From: Nitrospirota bacterium
GTDB lineage: Bacteria > Nitrospirota > JACRHJ01
DNA: 64,000 nt
Direction of reading: 5' to 3'
Assembly (NCBI GenBank): GCA_963845245.1
Contig: CAWJRJ010000002.1
Coordinates: 1-64,000 of the forward strand
Both the position numbers and the translations under genes were made by a program. How positions within the stretch are numbered: the first letter of the stretch is position 1; every line of letters starts with the position of its first letter. The notes below the pieces were generated by a model, which made no database searches, was not told where the DNA came from, and saw nothing but the letters and a program-made list of their open reading frames with translations. Of this stretch, positions 57,001-64,000 are shown one piece after another.

Positions 57001-57121
57001 GCTAAACAAGGCCCTTGTCGAAACCGGAGCGAGCCCTGCGGAAGGGAACAAGGAGGCGGCAGGCAACAAGCCGGACGAACCAAAGCCCGCACAGAAGAAG
57101 AGCAGGGTATCATATCTTTAG
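54077..57121 (+). CDS. SgmX-like tetratricopeptide-repeat protein with acidic linkers
   Basis: N-terminal TPR array, long Asp/Glu-rich linkers, 'EADFYVQQGL', C-terminal 'DYETHYNLGIAYKEMGMLDEA'; GTG 54077 after GAGGA. Confidence 0.8.
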   Translation: MIDKNKILKEIQKFVAKSQWDKAIAEYEKLVKDSPGDTNSHNAIGDLYLKKNDHDNAIQSYTKAADIFAKSGFTLKAIALYKKIQNIKPDQVDVLITLGKLNAERGLIGNANESYLAAASYYSRQGQKSKAIDIYKTLCDLNPDNLSLAQKLADLYLSEGYDKEAVSKYIELAERNISKGELADARSLLEAAEAKGSERFDFIRVSAMLDLKSNRIPEAAAKLEHAIEIDPTDNRIGFLLSEAYQRSGRYEECGSVLSTLVEKDPNNLQLRKQLAEVSVKTGDYDSAWEQYHFIIERNISNNQPADAEKLAKEYLALKPEDITAWHILIGIYSKTGQEKETDEVHEEIADLYLKAGEDSKAENIYRKLLEKDPSSERINAKLASILQGPKSAEEPPPQTETVEPFGEEILVEENVFHMEEELPEPQGFNISLEDIPSGEEIDTDGGTSLYELPELTDDLNEFADVQNFDVGGPAEEEETETAGNIIEIPDEDLGEIADLDIFASEGEAETTEFQESPDVLVTPPLDEVFDLGASTDEEPFTVLESAAPSMDEQLAEVEVYIKYGLTNKAEDTLARLDTEYPGNVSIKEKYIELYKSLGDIDGFVGASMDLSDLYQTQGDTEKARKVLEKANEKDPENENLKVRLIQMSGPSVPTMDISIPSMDIEEIVPSAPSEGFDFDASISDMLLPESDTSAEYAEDISEADFYVQQGLRDEAKRIYLDVLNSNPDDSDVRAKLEALQEPESKSAVQDTDFSDLYEPEEAPLSAPTPTAPGTDLGGGVETSYNTLHDEFDAAFSDTGISKKSAKSESDFFDLAAELQDELDEEITKAHSPSEVFSDKQLESVFQEFKRGVEEQLNKEDYETHYNLGIAYKEMGMLDEALNEFGLAAKDPARTLDCASMLGLCFIEKGDYDKAVEYFKAGLEVGGHQPEEYAGLKYDLATAYELNGDLVSAQSVVDALVKEGGDFRDAKDRLKRLNKALVETGASPAEGNKEAAGNKPDEPKPAQKKSRVSYL

Positions 57122-57130
57122 GAGATATTA

Positions 57131-57961
57131 ATGGACTATCTTGAGTATTACGGCCTGAAAGAGCAACCCTTTACGAACTCTATAAACAACCGCTTCTACT
57201 ATAACAGCTCCCAGCACGGAGAAGCACTCTTAAGGCTCAAATACGCCGTCAGCACTATGAAGGGGCTCGCAGTGCTGCTTGGAGGCACAGGTACCGGAAA
57301 GACTACGCTGGCAAGACGCATGCTCGACGAATTGAACGAGGACGAGTACGAGTCAGCACTGCTGGTAATAATACATTCCTCGATCACTGCGGAATGGCTT
57401 CTCAAAAAAATAGCCATGCAGCTAGGCGTCGACGAGATACCGGAGGACAAGGTAAACCTCCTGAGCAAGGTATACCACCGCCTCATAGAAATACACGAGG
57501 CCGGCAAGAAGGCTGTCGTCCTCATCGACGAGGCCCAGATGCTGAACTCTCGCGAAATAATGGAGGAGTTCCGGGGCCTTCTGAACCTTGAGGTGCCCGG
57601 CGGCAAGCTTGTTTCGTTCGTATTCTTCGGGCTTCCAGAACTCGACGACGTGCTTTCACTCGACGAGCCTTTAAAACAGAGGGTCGCCGTAAAATTCCGC
57701 CTGAAGTCCTTCATGCCGGCAACCACAGAAGAATATGTAAAACACCGCTTGCACATAGCCGGAAGCGACAAGGAGGTCTTTGCTAGGGATGCGCTTGATT
57801 CGATACACCTGTTCTCCAGGGGTATCCCGCGCCTCATAAACACCATCTGCGACAACGCGATGCTTGAAGGCTTTCTTACCAAAAGGGGTGTCATCGGCAG
57901 GGACATAGTCGAAGAGGTAGCCTGTGATTTCGGACTTAATATCGAGGAAGGCGTCCTTTAA
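57131..57961 (+). CDS. ExeA/GspA-family AAA ATPase
   Basis: Y..YYGLKEQPF, G.TGTGKTT, LIDEAQ, GIPRLINTICDNA. Confidence 0.92.
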   Translation: MDYLEYYGLKEQPFTNSINNRFYYNSSQHGEALLRLKYAVSTMKGLAVLLGGTGTGKTTLARRMLDELNEDEYESALLVIIHSSITAEWLLKKIAMQLGVDEIPEDKVNLLSKVYHRLIEIHEAGKKAVVLIDEAQMLNSREIMEEFRGLLNLEVPGGKLVSFVFFGLPELDDVLSLDEPLKQRVAVKFRLKSFMPATTEEYVKHRLHIAGSDKEVFARDALDSIHLFSRGIPRLINTICDNAMLEGFLTKRGVIGRDIVEEVACDFGLNIEEGVL

Positions 57962-58545
57962 AAAAGACGCGCAACCAACTGCATGACCGCCCCGGATAAG
58001 AGCGGTATCGTCAGGTTGTCATTGACCTTAAGCGGAAGTATCTCTACTATGGCTGCCGAGACAGCTCCTGCGATTATCACTGCCATATCCATCGGATAAA
58101 ACCGGCTAATCACGACACCTGCTACAATCCCCGCCACAAAAAACGCTACGGTCCCTTCAAGGCTTTTTTTCCCGTCCCACAGTTTGGTCTTGCCCCATAT
58201 CTCGCCGACTGTAGTAGCAGAAACGTCTCCAAATGCAAGGAATGCCACTGCAACAATCGCTACCGGCAAATCAAAAAATGCGGCAGCACACAGCGTACCT
58301 AGAATATACCACGGCGACCCGGTCAGGGTGGTTCTTTCCGACTCTCTGATAAATGATGACATGTGGCTGTATACAAATGAATTGACGGGCCTGATCATAA
58401 GCCTCGCGATGTCGATCGCGGTAACGGTCACCAAAATAGTCCCGAGCATGATGAGCCCGTGTTCCCTGCCCATAATGGAATAGATCAGGATAAGGACCAG
58501 CCCCGACATATGGTAAAGTTTCCTGCCTGCATTCTTCACTTTCAT
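57958..58545 (-). CDS. Diacylglycerol/polyprenol kinase-family membrane protein
   Basis: RKLYH, FGD..A..VG, KKSLEGT, NDNLTIPL. Confidence 0.88.
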   Translation of the reverse strand: MKVKNAGRKLYHMSGLVLILIYSIMGREHGLIMLGTILVTVTAIDIARLMIRPVNSFVYSHMSSFIRESERTTLTGSPWYILGTLCAAAFFDLPVAIVAVAFLAFGDVSATTVGEIWGKTKLWDGKKSLEGTVAFFVAGIVAGVVISRFYPMDMAVIIAGAVSAAIVEILPLKVNDNLTIPLLSGAVMQLVARLF

Positions 58546-59482
58546 TCCAGACTGTCCTTATGGTCAAAGTTTTCCGGCTGGCTGCTCCATCCCGACCTTC
58601 CGTCTTTTTCCTCTATCTGCACCCACCACGTGTATTTAGGCCTTTCAATCAATTTAAATTCTTTCATATCCACACCGTCAATTATCTTTCCACCGTACCA
58701 GGCTTTATATGACCCCTCGCCCAGATAAGTTAATAGATAAACTATCTGCCCGGTCTTTGCCTTTACTCCTGCAAGGTACATATCCTTTAATACCCGTGCG
58801 CGCCCGGCCTTTGTTGTTATAACAGTACCCGTGACGCCTACAACCTGCTCTCCCTTTTTTACTGTAAAAGAAGCAGGCGATTTTGCATCTTTGCCTGCTC
58901 TTATAATGGTATCCTTATTAACCGTCCAGCAGCGGTAAGTACACCCTTCAAAGGGACATGCCCCAACGTCCTCGTACGGTAATTTTGGACCTTGTCCAGG
59001 ATTTTCAACTTGCCGCTTTGTCTCAATTACTTTGCGCGAGACGGTTTGTGAGCCTGGATGCACGTTCGGTATTTCCGTCGTCGAGTGTAAGCCTTTGGCT
59101 GTTACTGTCCAAGCTTTGATTTATACCAACGGTTGAGGATACTTTTCCTGTTGTGTTTACCGCAAACAAAGCTCCGATGATAAATAATGCACAAACCGCG
59201 ACAATCGCGACAAAGATAGACTTACGTTTCCGTGTAACCGCAGGTATTGTTCCGGATGGGCTGGACAAGGTCGTCTTCAGGGACAACCTCCGCAACCTCC
59301 GACCGGACTTCATCAAGCGGAAGTCCGTTTGCTGTTATGCATTCGTCACAAAATTCAGCCAGCAGGGAGTGTTTACGCTTGCATTTCTCGCAATACTTTC
59401 CTGCCCTGCATCTTGTGCAATGCGGGAATGCCGGCCGGTTGGGTTCGCCGCAGATAGGACAGGCTTTTATTTCCTCATGCAT
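58542..59482 (-). CDS. Probable single gene split by two frameshifts: double zinc ribbon, TM helix, extracytoplasmic beta domain
   Basis: Three overlapping ORFs: 59222-59482 (CPIC, CTRC, CEKC, CDEC), 59023-59316 (RKRK + TM) and 58542-59063 (CPFEGC...YLGEG...WWVQI...GW). Confidence 0.55.
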
Positions 59483-59496
59483 TCAGGCCCTGAAGG

Positions 59497-59730
59497 GTGG
59501 AATGAATTGTTCGAGGGTCGAGCCTAGGTTATAGTCAGGACTTAATAGTATATCAGTTTCTAATGTAGCGCAATAGGCTTTTTAGTGCGATGGAAGTTCT
59601 TGGCCAGCGGATTCATAGTCGGTGGAGGGTGCAGTGGACAAAAAAGGGCTACGGAAAACTCCGTAACCCTTTTGATTTTAAATGGTGAGCCGCCTGGGAT
59701 TCGAACCCAGCACACCCGCCTTAAAAGGGC
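59497..59730 (-). repeat. Direct repeat copy A: tRNA-Lys 3' part + hairpin + promoter
   Basis: 59681-59730 is identical (50 bp) to 62386-62435. Similarity with substitutions and small indels continues to 59497 vs 62207. TTGCGC-17-TACTAT at 59573-59545. Confidence 0.92.
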
Positions 59731-59807
59731 AAACAGGGCAATTTACGTAAACCGTTGATGGTGGCTGGTCTCCCTTAAATAGTCGTAAAATAAGCCGTTT
59801 CAACGTT

Positions 59808-59875
59808 GTCCATTACGTCCATTGTTTCCGGGAAATCCACTGTTTCTGGGGGGAGGGGGCACAAAAGGGGGCACA
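59808..59875. repeat. Putative integrase arm-type and accessory binding repeats
   Basis: GTCCATT x2 (59808, 59817) and AGGGGGCACA x2 (59854, 59866), 80-145 bp inside the att copy. Confidence 0.55.
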
Positions 59876-59889
59876 GTTTTCTGGATTGC

Positions 59890-60449
59890 CATCCCGTCCT
59901 TGTGAAGCTCGTCCTGTTGTAGTTCGGGTCATAGCCATAGGCCAGGCTCTCGATCTGCGCCGAAGGCCCTTCGATCAGCATGCTCATGAGACGGTCGGTA
60001 TGGTTTGCCGTATCGAACCCGTAATTGGTGGTAACATACTGGTTTGCTGTTGACAACGGCAGTTGCAGGGAACTCCGCCTGCCCGCGTTGTCGTATCCAA
60101 GGTTGTACGTCCTCACTGTACCGTTTATATTCCTGCTTATGCCCGTCATTCTCCCGGCATCGTCGTATCCATAATTCACCGTGGGCTCACCGGCGACGGT
60201 CATGCTCTTGCGCCTGCCGTCGTCGTAATATGTATAGTCAACCTGACCGAGCGGAGTAAGCTCCTGCGAGATTTTATTCCCGTCGGACCGGCCGAAGCCT
60301 GTATCATTGTATGCAAAACCTATAAAGGAAGAGTCCGAGCCGCTCGTATCGTCCATATGTATGACACGCCCTGCCAGGTCATATATGTACTGGGTCGATT
60401 CGTCCGAGAAGGTTATCTGCTTCAAACGGCCCATGAGGTCGTACTGGAA
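59890..60449 (-). pseudogene. Truncated Rhs/YD-repeat fragment
   Basis: YDLMGRL, YDLAGR, YYDDGRR, YDDAGR, YDNAGRR, YDPNYNR; no core or C-terminal toxin; the ORF tail reads into att-arm DNA. Confidence 0.8.
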
Positions 60450-60494
60450 TTATAAAGAAGCTGACTGTCCGGAAGCAAATGATTATTACAAACA

Positions 60495-61325
60495 TCAAGC
60501 GTTTCTTGTGACTATCTCAACTAATGTGTCAAAGAATCGTATATCATTATTAAATGTTATTACTTTCTCGTCTGTTCTTATTTTGACACTCGTCACTTCG
60601 CCACTGGGTTTGGTTTTTTGAATTATTTCCGGTTTCTCCGACCATTTGATTACCACATGTTTTCCTTTTCTTAAAGATTCAATTGTGTCGGATGAGATAG
60701 TTATTATTTCCTTTGCAATCTTGTTTCTCGTATATAGACGATACCACAGGTTACAATTTACATAAGTGAATACAGCAATAGCTAAAATCATTTTGTCGCC
60801 CACATAATTAGAAAAATAAACCAGAAGATACAAGCTTAAACCAAAAAAAATTGAGGGAAGCCTATAAATGTTTCCCATTGTTAAGGGTGGATAGTTGAAC
60901 TTATTGACGTTGTCTGGTATTAGCTTCTTGTGCAACCGGATAATCAAATCATCATGGTTGTCCAATTCAGAATAATACAGTACAAAAAAATTGCCGCTGT
61001 TAATTTTTATTTTCATAAATGCCGGATAACCAAAGTGCGCGCTTCTTATTTGTAAATCGAAGATATCTTTATAATATATTTTCTTGGAAATTATAAACAT
61101 CCTTATTAGAATAAAATCTTCATATAGTGTTATTCGTGCAAACCTCAAATAGGCAATAAAATAAATTAGCAAAGCTGCAAATATAGAACCGAATGAACTC
61201 ATAATTAAAATTGGAAACCAGTCTTTGGATGGTCTATAAAATATAAAGGTGGCCGGTATAACCATGCAAATCAATAGATATGCAATGTATTTATTAAACG
61301 CTCTATTGTAAGAATAAATATTCAT
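60495..61325 (-). CDS. Putative Rhs immunity membrane protein
   Basis: AT-rich; TAATG-coupled to the Rhs stop; two units of (TM pair + PH-like beta domain). Confidence 0.7.
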   Translation of the reverse strand: MNIYSYNRAFNKYIAYLLICMVIPATFIFYRPSKDWFPILIMSSFGSIFAALLIYFIAYLRFARITLYEDFILIRMFIISKKIYYKDIFDLQIRSAHFGYPAFMKIKINSGNFFVLYYSELDNHDDLIIRLHKKLIPDNVNKFNYPPLTMGNIYRLPSIFFGLSLYLLVYFSNYVGDKMILAIAVFTYVNCNLWYRLYTRNKIAKEIITISSDTIESLRKGKHVVIKWSEKPEIIQKTKPSGEVTSVKIRTDEKVITFNNDIRFFDTLVEIVTRNA

Positions 61326-62191
61326 TAGTTGTTCATCATGACATCTAGCATTGGATCCAATATGCCGGTAAGGCCACCAGTAGCTATAGCACCTTGCATT
61401 CCACTCATTGCCCCTACTTCTACGGCCCCTTCCACCATTTCTCCAAAACCGCCTCCGATTGCTCCTGATAATGCACCAGTCACTGCAATATCAAAAGCGT
61501 TCGATGTAGTCAAATTACCGCTTAAACCTGCTCCAATAATGGCGCCAATTGCACCACCCGCTGCGCCACCAAGTGGATCACCACCACTAAGCCCGTATCC
61601 AATAACAGCGCCTATCGCAGTACCGATAGATTGTGCTACCATTTGCGATAACGAAGGACACAACCCGTAAGGGTCGCTTTTATTTATCGGGTTATTATGC
61701 ACATACCTATAATAATTTATCCCGCCCCTGAGCCTTATCGGGTCCTCGTTAATAAATCTATGCATTTCCGGGCTGTAATATCTCGCTCTGTAATAATACA
61801 ACCCCGTTCCGTCATTCTCTCTGCCGGTATACTGGAAAGGATTATCGGAAGCCTCTCCGCTTGCGGTCGTATTCCCGAAAGCGTCATACGTGTACGTCGT
61901 CGTCGTAACTCCCGTGTCGTCCGTAAGCGCAATAGTTGAGCCCAGCGCATCCCTTACATAGTGCCTCACCGTCCCGTCGGATTCAATCCTTGTCAGAGGC
62001 TCATCAAGGTTCAGCGTCCGTACGTAATTGGTTTTTGCGCTGCCCTGGACTTCCTGTATTATATCCCAACCGTCGTAGACGTAATCAATCGTGGTGCCGT
62101 TTATGGTTTTCTCAGTCCTTCTCCCAAACCCGTCGTATTTGAAGCTCGCCGTTAGTGACGGGCCGCTTATAGCCCTGCTTATGCCAGTCAT
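61325..62191 (-). CDS. Orphan Rhs module: Rhs-associated core plus hydrophobic glycine-rich C-terminal domain
   Basis: YDAFG, PFQYTGRE.D.TGLYYYRARYY, RFINEDP, NPINKSDPYGL cleavage motif, then ~110 aa GxxxG-rich tail. Confidence 0.9.
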   Translation of the reverse strand: MTGISRAISGPSLTASFKYDGFGRRTEKTINGTTIDYVYDGWDIIQEVQGSAKTNYVRTLNLDEPLTRIESDGTVRHYVRDALGSTIALTDDTGVTTTTYTYDAFGNTTASGEASDNPFQYTGRENDGTGLYYYRARYYSPEMHRFINEDPIRLRGGINYYRYVHNNPINKSDPYGLCPSLSQMVAQSIGTAIGAVIGYGLSGGDPLGGAAGGAIGAIIGAGLSGNLTTSNAFDIAVTGALSGAIGGGFGEMVEGAVEVGAMSGMQGAIATGGLTGILDPMLDVMMNN

Positions 62192-62206
62192 CTCCCGGCG
62201 GCGAAA

Positions 62207-62435
62207 GTGGTATGAATTGTTCGAGGGTCAAGCCTAGGTTATAGTAAGATTTAATAGTATATCAGTTTCTAATGTAACGCAACAGGCTTTTTAGCGCGAA
62301 GGAAGTTCTTGGCCAACGGGTTCATATCAGGGGGTGCGGTGAACAAAAAAATGGCTACGGAAATCTCCGTAGCCATTTTAGTATTAATGGTGAGCCGCCT
62401 GGGATTCGAACCCAGCACACCCGCCTTAAAAGGGC
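62207..62435 (-). repeat. Direct repeat copy B: tRNA 3' part + terminator + promoter
   Basis: Terminator AAAATGGCTACGGA-aatc-TCCGTAGCCATTTT (about 62348-62379); TTGCGT-17-TACTAT at 62282-62254. Confidence 0.92.
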
Positions 62436-62463
62436 GATGCTCTACCGAATGAGCTAGCGGCTC
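62388..62463 (-). tRNA. tRNA-Lys(UUU)
   Basis: GAGCCGC acceptor stem, D-loop TTCGGTA, anticodon loop CTTTTAA, GTTCGAATC T-loop, encoded CCA; 76 nt. Confidence 0.97.
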
Positions 62464-62514
62464 GCAGTTTTGCGAACGCAAAAGATAACAAATGCAGGGA
62501 GGAAAGTCAAGAGC

Positions 62515-63903
<1,389 letters not shown>

Positions 63904-64000
63904 TTATATTTTTACGTATTTTACCGAAAGCACGTTAGGGAGCTTGTTCAGCTTGTCCATCACGGGCTTGCCCGGCACGCCATCTATCGATATAACCGAA
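63904..64000 (-). CDS. serA: C-terminal ACT domain, probably D-3-phosphoglycerate dehydrogenase (partial)
   Basis: Manual translation SVISIDGVPGKPVMDKLNKLPNVLSVKYVKI* resembles the SerA ACT end. Confidence 0.65.
   Translation of the reverse strand, partial: SVISIDGVPGKPVMDKLNKLPNVLSVKYVKI

Larger units (their letters stand above)
59681..62435. mobile_element. Integrase-less genomic islet in tRNA-Lys carrying Rhs cassettes
   Basis: 50-bp att-like direct repeats 2705 bp apart; arm-type-like repeats AGGGGGCACA x2 (59854-59875); no integrase ORF inside. Confidence 0.8.

Noticed and set aside
59775..59890. Cys-containing C-terminus (LCPLLCPL) of ORF 59775-60434 as a toxin domain
   Set aside because: It is the translation of the att-arm direct repeats, not a protein domain.

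Overview
64-kb chromosomal window from a diderm bacterium. Gene content is Nitrospirota/Desulfobacterota-like (inference from content only), and most genes lie on the minus strand. Core content: a type IV minor-pilin operon (fimT-pilV-giant pilW-pilX) behind a sigma54 promoter next to a PilS/PilR-like pair; nfeD/SPFH; tamB-Omp85-surA; glnD; a GH57 enzyme; rpsB-tsf-pyrH-frr-ferredoxin; a flavodiiron protein; a diguanylate cyclase; multiheme cytochromes; smc with tandem NrdR-like boxes; one perfect parS; an SgmX-like TPR protein plus ExeA ATPase; tRNA-Lys(UUU); purA. About 20 genes, including essential ones, are split, mostly by single extra bases, which points to assembly indel errors. Most notable accessory structures: (1) an integrase-less 2.7-kb Rhs toxin/immunity islet at tRNA-Lys, bounded by a ~230-bp repeat (tRNA 3' half + hairpin + promoter) that stops just before two different cargo genes; (2) a BrnT/BrnA module flanked by a synonymously recoded duplicate of the smc 3' end, followed by a hairpin of the same family; (3) a three-gene secreted module (Ig/PKD protein, small secreted protein, zinc PLC/S1-P1-like enzyme) with mosaic base composition; (4) a ~1440-aa PilW-position pilin carrying multiple FN3 domains.
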